This document shows, in pieces, positions 47,303 to 57,508 of a DNA stretch of 64,000 bases. A program made the position numbers and the translations under genes. How positions within the stretch are numbered: position 1 is the stretch's first letter; the number at the start of each line of letters is the position of its first letter. The DNA is from Candidatus Latescibacterota bacterium (GTDB lineage Bacteria > Latescibacterota > UBA2968 > GCA-2709665). Below the pieces are notes generated by a model. The model ran no database searches. It was not told the DNA's origin and saw only the letters and a list, made by a program, of their open reading frames with translations. The stretch is taken from positions 2,112,001 through 2,176,000 of the forward strand of contig CBDCOX010000002.1 of the NCBI GenBank assembly GCA_965219995.1, read 5' to 3'.

Positions 47303-49006
47303 CTAATTCTCCCTGGCGAGTCCCGACTCCGTCCGGATTTGAATGTTCAGGCTCGCCTCGACGGCCGTCTCCCACCGCGGTACGACCTCAATCGTATCCC
47401 GAAGCACGGCCATGGGTTCGGCCGGCACGAAGGGTCTGGCCACGCCATGGCTCCACGTACGGTTGCCGTCGACGTCTCCGAAGCCCAGCACCCGGTAACG
47501 CCCGGGCCGAAGGGCGTCGAGATAGTAGGAAGAATCGCCGGGCGCAACGATGGCCGCCCGCGTTGGTTCAGGCCCTGAAAGGGATTGCACCTGTACCACG
47601 ATCCGCGTTTCGGAGGGTACAACCGCACCACTGACGGCGCCCTGATCCTCCGGCGACGCAATCGTAAACCGAAACGCAATCTCGCCTTCCGCGGGGTTTC
47701 CGGAGACGTCCGACAACCTGTCCGCCTGCCCGCGGAGAACGTAGGTCTTCCCCAGGGTCCAGGCGTCGGTCGGCCGAAACGCAAACCGGTTGGGCCGCGG
47801 CCACGAAACCCGCCCTTCAGGGGCGTCCGTACTGTCGGACCTCACCCAGAACTCAGGGTTCGCAACGGGCGCCATCGCCTCGCTGAAATCGATATGCAAC
47901 ACGGTGTCTCGCGAGACATTTCGTGCTCCAACTTCAGGATGGACGCGAACCGGCGACGGCGCGCGCCGGTCGGGCTGCCCCTCGCCGTGCACCGTCGCCG
48001 TTTCGCCGGACGGGATCGCATTCCCGTAGCGGTCCGAAATCCCATCCAATTCCACCTGGTATTCCATTCCGGCGGCCTGTGGCGCGGTAACCAGCCAGAC
48101 CCGGCTGGAATCCCTCGCGTCCGGGTAGACCCCCTCGACCTCGAGGACCCCGTCGCCGCCGGAAATCCGGGGCGGCGAGGACAGATGCGCGGGTTCATCG
48201 AACCGGAGGGCGAGCCGTCTCCGATCGGGCGTTCGCGCCGAAACAAAAAGGGGCGGTACGCTGTCGCGCACCGCCATTTTCAGCAGACCCAATTGTACGC
48301 GGCGATCCCCCGACCCCAGGGAGACATCGCCCGGGGGCACCGCGAGCGATTCGCCCGGGGTATACGTCTGGTCTCGGTCACCGTCGCGGAATGCGAATAC
48401 GCGGTACCGTCCCGCCCCCAATCGAACAAACCGATAGGTTCCGTCCGCGCCGGGCTGTGTCACGTAAGCAGGAGGGTCGGCTACCGGATCGGGGTCGGCG
48501 TCTCCGGTCAGATCATACGCCCATACGAAGACCTGCCCCCTCTGCCCGCCGACCAGCAGGACGCGTCCATGGATTTCACCGCCATCCAGCCGTTCGCCGG
48601 TGGAGAACGCGAAGCTGTAGGACGCTTCCATGCGGTTGAACGACTCGTCTGAACTGGCGGCCCCCACGGACACCACGTAGGTCCGTTCCTCGCGGAGGCC
48701 TTCGTTCGGACGGATTTCAAGCTCCCGACCGCGCCATTTGAAATCCGGATCGGCGAAGAGGCGCGGAGAGATGAAAATCGCGCGCGTCACCGATCGGCGG
48801 TCCATGCGTTCGCTGAACCGGATGCGGATGCGGGTCTTCGTTCCCACGCCCACGGAATCGGCGGCCGGCATCGTGTGGACAACCCTCGGCGGGATGACGT
48901 CCTTTGGCCCGCCGGGAGGCGGCATGGGGCTGGCGCACGCCCCCGCGAAAAGCGGAGCAAGCCCGATCAGAACGCGCGCCGCCGTTTCCCGGATGGACTT
49001 TATCAA
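47303..49006 (-). CDS. Lipoprotein with repeated Ig-like (Big_5) domains
   Basis: Lipobox-like FAGAC then PPPGGPKDVIPP; IRFSERMD, LRFDEP, IDFSEAM. Confidence 0.8.
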   Translation of the reverse strand: MIKSIRETAARVLIGLAPLFAGACASPMPPPGGPKDVIPPRVVHTMPAADSVGVGTKTRIRIRFSERMDRRSVTRAIFISPRLFADPDFKWRGRELEIRPNEGLREERTYVVSVGAASSDESFNRMEASYSFAFSTGERLDGGEIHGRVLLVGGQRGQVFVWAYDLTGDADPDPVADPPAYVTQPGADGTYRFVRLGAGRYRVFAFRDGDRDQTYTPGESLAVPPGDVSLGSGDRRVQLGLLKMAVRDSVPPLFVSARTPDRRRLALRFDEPAHLSSPPRISGGDGVLEVEGVYPDARDSSRVWLVTAPQAAGMEYQVELDGISDRYGNAIPSGETATVHGEGQPDRRAPSPVRVHPEVGARNVSRDTVLHIDFSEAMAPVANPEFWVRSDSTDAPEGRVSWPRPNRFAFRPTDAWTLGKTYVLRGQADRLSDVSGNPAEGEIAFRFTIASPEDQGAVSGAVVPSETRIVVQVQSLSGPEPTRAAIVAPGDSSYYLDALRPGRYRVLGFGDVDGNRTWSHGVARPFVPAEPMAVLRDTIEVVPRWETAVEASLNIQIRTESGLAREN

Positions 49007-49013
49007 CGGGCAC

Positions 49014-49919
49014 CTATGCTCTCGGATGCGCCTGCCGATAGGCCTTCTTCAACCGTTCCACGCTCACGTGGGTATAAATCTGAGTGGTGGACAGGCTCGC
49101 GTGCCCGAGCATTTCTTTCACCGCATTCAGATCGGCGCCCCTGTCCAGAAGATGGGTTGCAAACGTATGCCGCAGGGTATGCGGCCCCAGACGGCCCCTG
49201 CCCGTTGCCTTTTCGAGATGCCCCACGACCCGGTCCTGGACACCGCTGGCGCTCAAAGCCCTGCCGGTACGGGTGAGGAAAAAATGCCGACGGTCCGCCT
49301 CTCGCGCATCGGCTGGCAGCAGTTCGGACCGGCGGGCGAGGTACCTGCGCAGGGCTTCCCGGGCCGGCGCACCCACAGGCACGAGCCGCTCCCTGCCGCC
49401 CTTTCCGGTCACACGCACGGTCCCGCTGTCCAGATCCAGACCATCCAACCGGATGTCCGCCAGTTCACGCAGCCGGATGCCGGAACTGTAGAACAACTCC
49501 AGAATCGCCCGGTCCCGCAGACCCAATGTCGTATCCGGCGACGGATTCTCCAGCACCCGATGCACCTCCGAAAGATCCAGATGGACCGGCAGGGTCTTTT
49601 CCTGCCGGGGCGGACGGACCTGCAGCGCCGGGTTCTTTTTCAGATGGTTCAGGCGGCATAGCCAGGCAAAAAACGTACGCAAGGACGCCAGCTTCCGTGC
49701 GATTGAACGTCTGCCGAAACCGGCGCCGTTCAGATCTCCGAGGAACGCCCGAATGTCCTCACGCGCGACCGGTCTCACGTCCGGCTGTTCAACACCCCGG
49801 CGTACCTGCATGAAAGAAACGAACCTCTCGAGGTCCGTCCGGTAGGCCCTGCAGGTGTGCGGCGACAGTCGACGCTCATTGGCGAGATGACGGAGAAATT
49901 CGGCGATCAACTGCTGCAT
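49014..49919 (-). CDS. xerC: Tyrosine recombinase XerC
   Basis: RDRAILELFYSSGIR, GKGGRER, HTLRHTFATHLL, LGHASLSTTQIYTH, AHPRA; follows topA; alternative start 49949. Confidence 0.9.
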   Translation of the reverse strand: MQQLIAEFLRHLANERRLSPHTCRAYRTDLERFVSFMQVRRGVEQPDVRPVAREDIRAFLGDLNGAGFGRRSIARKLASLRTFFAWLCRLNHLKKNPALQVRPPRQEKTLPVHLDLSEVHRVLENPSPDTTLGLRDRAILELFYSSGIRLRELADIRLDGLDLDSGTVRVTGKGGRERLVPVGAPAREALRRYLARRSELLPADAREADRRHFFLTRTGRALSASGVQDRVVGHLEKATGRGRLGPHTLRHTFATHLLDRGADLNAVKEMLGHASLSTTQIYTHVSVERLKKAYRQAHPRA

Positions 49920-50031
49920 GGTTGACGCCTTCCGCGGGGATTTCGGCATTTCCGCTGAAACTTCCTGAAACGGTCGGATGCCCGGAGGTCATCGGCTGCC
50001 GGCGTTGATTTGTGACGAGGCGGAGACGCGG

Positions 50032-52335
50032 CTACGCTTTCTCCTCTTCCGGCGCACGCATCGTATGCTTGCAACTGAGGCAACGCAGTGACTTGCGCCC
50101 GTTTCGACCGGTATGTTCCGCCAGAAAGGGTCCTTCGCACACAGGACACGGCCGGTTCAGGGGCCGGTCCCAGCTGGCGTACGTGCAATCCGGGAAGTTT
50201 CCGCAACCATAAAACGTCCTCCCCCGCCTGCTGCTGCGTTCCAGGAGCTTACCGTCGCAATCTTTCTTCGGGCAGGGCACACCGGTCGAAATTGAACGGG
50301 TATTCTTACACTTCGGGTATCCGGAGCAGGCCAGAAAACGTCCATTGCGACCTGTACGGATTGCCATATCCGAGCCGCACTTCTCGCAGGTTTCGCCGGA
50401 GGGTTCGGGTTCGGACGCTTCGAGCGGTTGCGTGTTGCGACACTCCGGAAACCCCGAACACGCCATGAATTTTCCGTTTCGCCCCCATTTGATCACCATC
50501 GTCTTGCCGCACTTCTCGCACGTCTTGTCCGTCTCTTCCTGAAGGGAGGCTTTCAGTTCTCCCCGCCGCCCTTCCGCGCGGTCGAGGTCCCTGGCGAATG
50601 GCCCGTAGAAGTCCTCCACGACCTTCACCCAGCCCACCTCGCCATTTTCGACCTGATCGAGCTCATCCTCCATCCGGGCCGTGAAGTCCACGTTAAAGAC
50701 ATCGGGAAACGCCTGAGCCAGAATACCATTCACAGTGCGGCCCAGATCCGTCGGTGTAAACCGCCCGCTCTTTTTCTCCGTATAGTCCCTGTCCTGCAGC
50801 GTACTGATGATCTGGGCATAGGTGCTGGGACGTCCGATTTCCCGCGACTCCAACTCTTTGACGAGCGTCGCCTCGGAGAACCTCGGGGGTGGCTTCGTAA
50901 AATGCTGCTCAGGAATCAGCGCCATCATGATGAGCGAGTCGCCATTCTTCAATCCATCCGGCAGCCGCGCCTCGGCCTCCGCGTTCTCTTCGTCCGTCCC
51001 TTCGGTATAAAGCGCCGTAAATCCGGCAAACTTGAGCACCGATCCGGTTGCCCGCAGTCCATACTCCCCCGCGTGAATATCTACCGTGGTCCGGTTGTAT
51101 ACTGCAGGGGCCATCTGGCACGCGATAAACCGGTCCCAGATCAGTCGATACAGTTTCGCCTGATCTGCGGTCAGTTGTGCCTGGATCATCTCCGGCGAGC
51201 GCTCCAGATCTGTGGGGCGTATCGCTTCATGTGCATCCTGGGCGCCCTTACCCGTGCGGTACGTCCTGGGCCGGTCCGGAAGATACGCCACTCCGAATCG
51301 CCGCCGGATGTAGTCCCTTGCTGAAGACACCGCCTCGCCAGCCAGCCGGGTGGAGTCGGTCCGCATATAGGTGATCAAACCGGTTGTTTCCGCCGACTCG
51401 GTCCCGTCACCCCGAACCTCAACGCCTTCGTAGAGTTGTTGGGCGACCTGCATCGTCCTGCGTGCCGTAAATCGCAGCCTGCGAGACGCCTCCTGCTGGA
51501 GGGTACTCGTAATGAAGGGCGGAGCCGGGTTGCGACGCTGTTCCCGTTTTTTTACGTCTGCGATTCGATAGCCGTATTGCCGGGGTGTATCCAAAGCGCT
51601 CCCGTCGGCAAGTCTTTCCGTGGGATCCGACGCCAATTCCCGGAGGTCGGACAGAACCGCGTCCACTTCATCCCGGTTTTTCACCTCCAGTTTTTCACCC
51701 CTCACTCGGATCAACCGCGCCTTGAACGGGACCGTATCCTCACGCCTCAACTTCACGTCGACGGTCCAGTATTCGTCCGGAACGAACACCTCGATGGCCG
51801 CCTCCCGCTCGCAAATCAGACGAAGCGCCACCGATTGGACCCGCCCGGCGCTCAGACCGCCGTGAACCGTTTTCCACAACAGCGGGCTGACCTTGTACCC
51901 GACCAGGCGGTCAAGGACCCTGCGGGCCTGCTGTGCGTCCACCTTTCTCAAGTCAATACGTGAGGGGTTGGCGACCGCATCCCTTACCGCCCGTTCCGTA
52001 ATCTCATTGAACATCACCCTCTGGGCTTCGCCGACCCGCTTCAGCGCCTCGGCCACGTGCCACGCAATGGCTTCCCCCTCGCGGTCCGGATCGGTCGCCA
52101 GAATCAACCGCGCTGCCTTCCGGGACGCTGCGCGAAGCTCTTTAACGAATTTGTTCCGGTCCCGGATGGTTCGGTACGTCGGCCTGAAACCATTCGCCAC
52201 GTCGATGCCCAGTTCCTTCTGCGGCAGATCCCTTACGTGACCCATACTGGCCATCACCTTGAAGTCTCTACCGAGTATCTTGTTGATCGTTTTCGCCTTT
52301 GCGGGCGACTCGACGACCACCAGTGCATCCGGCAT
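50032..52335 (-). CDS. topA: DNA topoisomerase I with C-terminal zinc ribbons
   Basis: VVESPAKAKTI, ATDPDREGE, SAGRVQS, ITYMRTD, AHEAIRPT, CxxC repeats. Confidence 0.97.
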   Translation of the reverse strand: MPDALVVVESPAKAKTINKILGRDFKVMASMGHVRDLPQKELGIDVANGFRPTYRTIRDRNKFVKELRAASRKAARLILATDPDREGEAIAWHVAEALKRVGEAQRVMFNEITERAVRDAVANPSRIDLRKVDAQQARRVLDRLVGYKVSPLLWKTVHGGLSAGRVQSVALRLICEREAAIEVFVPDEYWTVDVKLRREDTVPFKARLIRVRGEKLEVKNRDEVDAVLSDLRELASDPTERLADGSALDTPRQYGYRIADVKKREQRRNPAPPFITSTLQQEASRRLRFTARRTMQVAQQLYEGVEVRGDGTESAETTGLITYMRTDSTRLAGEAVSSARDYIRRRFGVAYLPDRPRTYRTGKGAQDAHEAIRPTDLERSPEMIQAQLTADQAKLYRLIWDRFIACQMAPAVYNRTTVDIHAGEYGLRATGSVLKFAGFTALYTEGTDEENAEAEARLPDGLKNGDSLIMMALIPEQHFTKPPPRFSEATLVKELESREIGRPSTYAQIISTLQDRDYTEKKSGRFTPTDLGRTVNGILAQAFPDVFNVDFTARMEDELDQVENGEVGWVKVVEDFYGPFARDLDRAEGRRGELKASLQEETDKTCEKCGKTMVIKWGRNGKFMACSGFPECRNTQPLEASEPEPSGETCEKCGSDMAIRTGRNGRFLACSGYPKCKNTRSISTGVPCPKKDCDGKLLERSSRRGRTFYGCGNFPDCTYASWDRPLNRPCPVCEGPFLAEHTGRNGRKSLRCLSCKHTMRAPEEEKA

Positions 52336-52499
52336 ACAGTCTCCCAAAAGAACGAGCCACTTCGAAAGACATCATCGAGTGACTCACCACGGTTCTGACG
52401 CGTCGTCCATCGCCGGAAGATTGGCTCGCACAACTCCGGTTTCGTTGCCTCGCGATCTCCCGGGGCGCATCGATCGACAGTTGCACTGCGTCCGATTCA

Positions 52500-52528
52500 A
52501 AAATACGCGCGACCCAATCAAAAGTCAA
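52500..52528 (-). promoter_or_regulatory. Sigma70-type promoter of topA
   Basis: TTGACT-17-TATTTT with an AT-rich upstream tract. Confidence 0.6.
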
Positions 52529-52575
52529 GGCTAAACTAATAACTTATTTTAAAACAATTATTAAGACTATAAAGC

Positions 52576-54657
52576 TCAAGACGGACGGGCTCGCAGGCCC
52601 TGTCTCTCCGATCGCACGACGATGGCCTCAACGATCATCAGGATGAACGCCAGCCCCAGAGCATGCCGCCACAACTCCCTTCCCCCGCGCGCTTCCCTGA
52701 TCGCGTCTGCCGGAGAAGCACCCGGTTCCACAATTCGCAGACGGGCTTGGCCGAACACCCGTCTCAGCCGCTCCAGTGAGGAGGGCGTCGGATCCCCTTC
52801 GTCGGGGTCGATACGAACGGCGAACCGATCCGCAAGCCGATCCCTGGCATAAATCTCCCACACACCTGGGATATCCACCTCCCCGACCGGCCAGACCGAC
52901 TGAACGCCGCGCTGTTCGGGCCAGATCGTTCGCGGCTCTCCCGCGGGAGGCTTCAGCAGGGCCTCGCGGGCCTGAACGTCGGAACGGTTGCGGTATATCC
53001 TTTCGCCGACGGAATAATCGGCCTGACCGGGAGAACCTGCCGCGAGATATCGGCTCAGTCGATGGATGAACGGTACGAAGAACCCCGTAAGGGGCAGGTC
53101 GGTCCATCGCCGATCCGTATTCAATCCGGAGGCAAACAGCATCACTCGACCGGCGCCCACACCGGTTTCGGCAAGGGCGGGGTCGCCGTTGCGGAAAAGA
53201 AGGACGGGCTTTGCCGTTTCCCCCAATCGTATCCGAATGTACGCGTAAAACCGTGGGCTTCGAAGCCCCTCCGCTGAAGCGATGGCCTCGAATATCGAAT
53301 GATCAGGCGGCGGTTCACGCAGCCTGTGATAGGTGGTTTCCTTGCCTGGAGAACCTTCAATACCCACGAGCAACGCCGGAAGCAAGCCCGGAAGCAGCGC
53401 GGAATTGTAAAACCGGAAGTCCACCCGATCCCCAAGGAAAATCATCAGGCCCATACCGTTCCGAACCCGATACTCAAGGACCTTCGAGGCGCCGGCGGAC
53501 AGCCGCGGCACGTTGAACAGCAGGGCAGCGTCGGTCCGGTGCAGAAGATCAGCATTCAATTCGTCCGGCCGGACCGTCCGAACCGATACCGTCTGCACCG
53601 ACCCGGCTTCGAGGGCCCTCGAGACAAAATAGGCCTCGTCCTCGTTCTCGGCCACCAGCAGCACCCGGATACGCTCAGGGATATTCAGGACCGAAGTGTA
53701 GACGTTGTCCGCCGCCAGGTCATCGTCGCCCAGTTCCACGCGCAGGGGTACCTGTCCTCCCCTCTCCGGGGCGAATCGGAAGTGGAGACGTCGCGAGGCG
53801 CCGGGCTCCGTACGAATCACCTGCTGACCGATCCGGCGTCCGTCAAGGTAAACCTGTACCGGCGCACGCAGCCTGACGGGACCGCCGTAGTCCGTCAGCG
53901 ATACCCCCAGCGTCGAAGCGCTGCCGGCGGCAAGAATCCCTCCGATCGGCGACGCGTCCCGGATCCCCACGTTATTCACCTCGGATGCCCGTACCGGAAT
54001 GCAAAACACGGCAATATCGCGTCCGTCAAAGAGCGTATCCGGTACCGCCGACCAGCCGTTTCGCGAGAAATCCGAAATGACGTAGAGCTCTCTGTTCTGA
54101 ATCGACGATCGGGAGACCTGCGACAGCGCAGCTTCGAGCGCCGGCCGAAAGTCCGTTCCTCTGTGTGTGGACTCAAGGACCTCCAGCCTGGCCGCAAGAC
54201 GGTCGGGGCGTTCGGGCCCGATTTCCTCCACCCGGTCATCCACCTGAAACAGGCGTACGTCGTCCTGTTTATCGAACATTTGCAGGACCTCTTTCGTCCT
54301 GTCTCGTGCGCGGCCAAACAGGGTTCCTTCCGGTACCCTGTAGCTCATGCTCAGAGACCGGTCGAGCAGAAGCACTGCAGACGTTCGCAAGGCGAAATTC
54401 CCCGCTACGCCTTTCAACGTGGGACGGGCAAACCCGAGCACCAGGAACAAAATGACGAGCGTGCGCAGAGTCAGGAGCAGGATCTGCTTCAACCTGACCC
54501 GCCGCATTCGATCCTGCTGAAGGGTCTGCAGGAGAGCCACGTTACTGAACGCAACCGTCACGGTCCGCCGACGGTTGAGCAGGTGAATCGCCAGCGGCAG
54601 CAGCGCGGCCCATAACCCGTGCAGCATGGCCGGTGATGTAAAGGAGAGACCAAACAT
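52576..54657 (-). CDS. BatA N-terminal + vWA domain membrane protein
   Basis: LPLAIHLLNRRR...FS, FARP, MIDAS-like LLDRSLSM, VISD, C-terminal TM helix. Confidence 0.88.
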   Translation of the reverse strand: MFGLSFTSPAMLHGLWAALLPLAIHLLNRRRTVTVAFSNVALLQTLQQDRMRRVRLKQILLLTLRTLVILFLVLGFARPTLKGVAGNFALRTSAVLLLDRSLSMSYRVPEGTLFGRARDRTKEVLQMFDKQDDVRLFQVDDRVEEIGPERPDRLAARLEVLESTHRGTDFRPALEAALSQVSRSSIQNRELYVISDFSRNGWSAVPDTLFDGRDIAVFCIPVRASEVNNVGIRDASPIGGILAAGSASTLGVSLTDYGGPVRLRAPVQVYLDGRRIGQQVIRTEPGASRRLHFRFAPERGGQVPLRVELGDDDLAADNVYTSVLNIPERIRVLLVAENEDEAYFVSRALEAGSVQTVSVRTVRPDELNADLLHRTDAALLFNVPRLSAGASKVLEYRVRNGMGLMIFLGDRVDFRFYNSALLPGLLPALLVGIEGSPGKETTYHRLREPPPDHSIFEAIASAEGLRSPRFYAYIRIRLGETAKPVLLFRNGDPALAETGVGAGRVMLFASGLNTDRRWTDLPLTGFFVPFIHRLSRYLAAGSPGQADYSVGERIYRNRSDVQAREALLKPPAGEPRTIWPEQRGVQSVWPVGEVDIPGVWEIYARDRLADRFAVRIDPDEGDPTPSSLERLRRVFGQARLRIVEPGASPADAIREARGGRELWRHALGLAFILMIVEAIVVRSERQGLRARPS

Positions 54658-54869
54658 GCCGATCAGACCTGGAAGTGTGGAGTCAGGCGTTCGCGTTGCC
54701 CCATCTGCGGGCCGGCGACGAAGCTCGCGCACCGGTCCGCTATCCGGGTTCCGTCCCGCCGGATCGCCGGATGCCCGGAGGGGACCCCGGAACTCCGCGC
54801 CACGTATAAAAAAAACCTGCTTCTCAAACGATCGCAGGCAGTTGCAATTCGGGACGGGTTCTATCTGGA

Positions 54870-55331
54870 TCAGGAATGGTGTTTCTCTTCTTCTTCGATA
54901 CAGGCGATGAGCGACTCCCGGTCTTCCGATTCGATGAGATGCCGGCGAAACGCCTCGCCCTTGAGCAAGCGGGAGATGCGCGCAAGCGCCTTGATGTGCG
55001 GTCCGGAAACGTCCATTGGCGAAACCAGAAGAAAGAAGATGAACGTCGGCCGGTCGTCCAGCGCGTCGAAGTCAACGCCTTCCCGCTTGATCCCCAGTAC
55101 GCCGCCCAGTTCGCTCACGTATTCGGATTTGCCGTGCGGAATGGCGATCCCGTGTCCGATGCCCGTACTCATGATTTCCTCGCGCAGGAGCACGGCGTCC
55201 AGGACCTTCCCACGATCGGTAATTTTGTCACCGTCTACGGCATGGACCAGCTCCTCGAGTATTTCCCGTTTGTTCCGGCCCCTCAACCCGGCAATGACAG
55301 ACCTGCCGGAAAGAATTTCCATAAGGGTCAT
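54870..55331 (-). CDS. PTS IIA domain protein (PtsN/fructose-type)
   Basis: REEIMSTGIGHGIAIPHGK, DFDALDD, HIKALARISR. Confidence 0.92.
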   Translation of the reverse strand: MTLMEILSGRSVIAGLRGRNKREILEELVHAVDGDKITDRGKVLDAVLLREEIMSTGIGHGIAIPHGKSEYVSELGGVLGIKREGVDFDALDDRPTFIFFLLVSPMDVSGPHIKALARISRLLKGEAFRRHLIESEDRESLIACIEEEEKHHS

Positions 55332-55405
55332 GAAAACGTCTCCCGCGAACACCCCCAAAACGCCGTCAACATCCTGTGCCTGAGCCTCCTGGTAAAGCGA
55401 AGCGA

Positions 55406-55434
55406 AAAATAACCCATACCCGGTTCGTAGTCAA
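55406..55434 (-). promoter_or_regulatory. Sigma70-type promoter of the PTS IIA gene
   Basis: TTGACT-17-TATTTT. Confidence 0.55.
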
Positions 55435-55484
55435 GCGAAATGGCGCAAACGAACGCGGGGTTGCGCCGATGTTGAGACCTGCGG

Positions 55485-57278
55485 CTATCCCGTCGACCGG
55501 CCCCGAATCAGCAGTTCCCGCTCATAGCTGCGCAGCAGGTCCGAACGGGTGATGATTCCTTCCAACTCTACCGGCGAACCGGTACGAAATACCGGCAGTG
55601 TATCCGCATCCGTGTTCGAAAACTGAACAAGGGCGTCGGCCAGCGAACTATACAGCTCGAGGGCGGCCGGCGGTTTGCCCATCACGTCCTCGGCGATGAG
55701 CAACGCGTGAATATCGTACTCAAGCATCACTTCCCGTATGTCGTGAAACCAGATCATACCCTTGAACCGGCCCTTGTCGTCCATGACGGGGAAATCGTTC
55801 AAATTGCTGCGGCCGATCAGGTCGACGATTTCACGCAGCGGGGTGTGTTCCCTGATGAAGTCGAAATCCGGGCGAACGATTCGCGAGACCGGGAGTTTCT
55901 CCAATACCGACAGGTCCCGTCCCTGGTGTATATTCAACCCCCTGCGTCTGAGTTTGAGCGAATAGATGGACTCGCGCTCGATGACACGCGCCATCACGAC
56001 CGCGAGAACCGTCGTAAACATCAACGGCAGGATGAGGCGGTAGTTCCCTGTCATCTCCACAATAATCAGAGAGGACGTCAGGGGGGCGTGCGTGGTCGCA
56101 GCGACGAAGGCGCTCATGCCGACCACCGCGTATGCGCCGGAGGGACTGATGACGCCGGGCAGCCAGGTCTCCGCGAGGCGGCCGAAGGCCCCGCCGAGCG
56201 TGGCCCCCATGAAGAGCGACGGCGCGAAGAGGCCGCCCGATGCGCCGGACCCGACCGTCAGCGAGGTACTGAGCAGTTTCAATCCCAGCAATAGACCCAG
56301 CATTGGCAGCAGGATCTGACCGTGAAGCGCCGCGCCGATGATCTCGTAGCCCACACCCAGGACGGGCGGACACCCGAGACCGATCATACCCACCAGTGCG
56401 CCCCCGACGGCCGGTTTCAGCCATACGGGCATCCCGTACGCACGGCGGTTGAAGAGATCCTCCGTGGCATACAGCAGGCGTATGAATGCGGCACCGGCGA
56501 CACCCGCGAGAACGGCCAGTATAACGTACCATCCCAACTCGTGGAGATTGACGAACTGATAGTCCGGCACCTCGAATACCTGCCGTTCTCCCATGTAGGC
56601 CTTTGCGACGACGGCCGACATCACGGAAGCGATGACCACGGGGGTGAAGGCGGCGATTGTAAAGTCCCCGAGGATAATCTCCAGGGAAAAGAGCACACCC
56701 GCGATCGGTGCGTTGAAAATGGCCGAGATACCGGCCGAAGCACCACAGGCAATCAGTGTTTTCAGGTTCGCTTCGGAGAATCTGAAGAGTCGCCCGACGG
56801 TGGATCCCCACGCGGCGCCGATCTGGATAATCGGCCCTTCGCTTCCGGCCGAACCGCCGGATCCGAGCGTGAACGCAGACGCAAACGCCTTGGCAACCAT
56901 CACGCGCGCGCGAATGACCCCGCGTCTGGTGATGATTGCGTTCATGACTTCCGCAACGCCGGGCCCGCGCGCCTCTACCGCGTAGAAGCAGGCGATCAGA
57001 CCCGCGGCCAGACCACCCATGGCAGGAATGAGGGGAAACAGGAAGGATTTGCCCAGCAATGCCGGCGCGTCTACAAGAAGCAACCTGTGAGCCGAATCCA
57101 GCAGCCACTGAAACAGCACAGAACCGGCCCCGCAACCAACCCCGATCAGAATGGCCAGCCCGATCAGGAAGGTCTGTTCGCTGAGGTTGAATCCTGGGAA
57201 GAACCGAACGATCCGGTTTCGGAAGCGGTTTGCCGTGTTGGGGGAAGGCAAAACTGATGGCGCGGGATCAACATCCAC
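55485..57278 (-). CDS. ClC-family anion channel/antiporter with CBS pair
   Basis: GPGVAE, GSAGSEGP, FNAPIAG, GGLFAP, C-terminal CBS domains; GTG 57278 lies downstream of the promoter. Confidence 0.93.
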   Translation of the reverse strand: MDVDPAPSVLPSPNTANRFRNRIVRFFPGFNLSEQTFLIGLAILIGVGCGAGSVLFQWLLDSAHRLLLVDAPALLGKSFLFPLIPAMGGLAAGLIACFYAVEARGPGVAEVMNAIITRRGVIRARVMVAKAFASAFTLGSGGSAGSEGPIIQIGAAWGSTVGRLFRFSEANLKTLIACGASAGISAIFNAPIAGVLFSLEIILGDFTIAAFTPVVIASVMSAVVAKAYMGERQVFEVPDYQFVNLHELGWYVILAVLAGVAGAAFIRLLYATEDLFNRRAYGMPVWLKPAVGGALVGMIGLGCPPVLGVGYEIIGAALHGQILLPMLGLLLGLKLLSTSLTVGSGASGGLFAPSLFMGATLGGAFGRLAETWLPGVISPSGAYAVVGMSAFVAATTHAPLTSSLIIVEMTGNYRLILPLMFTTVLAVVMARVIERESIYSLKLRRRGLNIHQGRDLSVLEKLPVSRIVRPDFDFIREHTPLREIVDLIGRSNLNDFPVMDDKGRFKGMIWFHDIREVMLEYDIHALLIAEDVMGKPPAALELYSSLADALVQFSNTDADTLPVFRTGSPVELEGIITRSDLLRSYERELLIRGRSTG

Positions 57279-57327
57279 CGTATAATCCCTCTGTTGCGGT
57301 TGGCGGTCGCCGAAGGTGCGACAGGTG

Positions 57328-57356
57328 AGTATACCCGTCGCCACGCGCACTGTCAA
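57328..57356 (-). promoter_or_regulatory. Near-consensus sigma70 promoter of the ClC gene
   Basis: TTGACA-17-TATACT. Confidence 0.75.
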
Positions 57357-57508
57357 GCGGAAAGCGGAAATTTCATACCACGTGAAAACTTGAAACAATT
57401 GGGATGAATCGGCGTAAAACGGGGGAAATCTAACCCGCGGCCTGGAATCATGCCGATTCCGCAGTCGTTGTATCCGGCTCCATTCCGCTCGAAAATGAAA
57501 GGACCGTC

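Noticed and set aside
49014-49919. Tyrosine recombinase as a prophage or island integrase
   Set aside because: Size, AHPRA C-terminus and position after topA fit housekeeping XerC; no phage genes nearby
57279-57327. Fluoride riboswitch ahead of the ClC gene
   Set aside because: Leader lacks the GGCGAUG-type consensus and the protein lacks the CLC-F GNNLI/GREGT motifs
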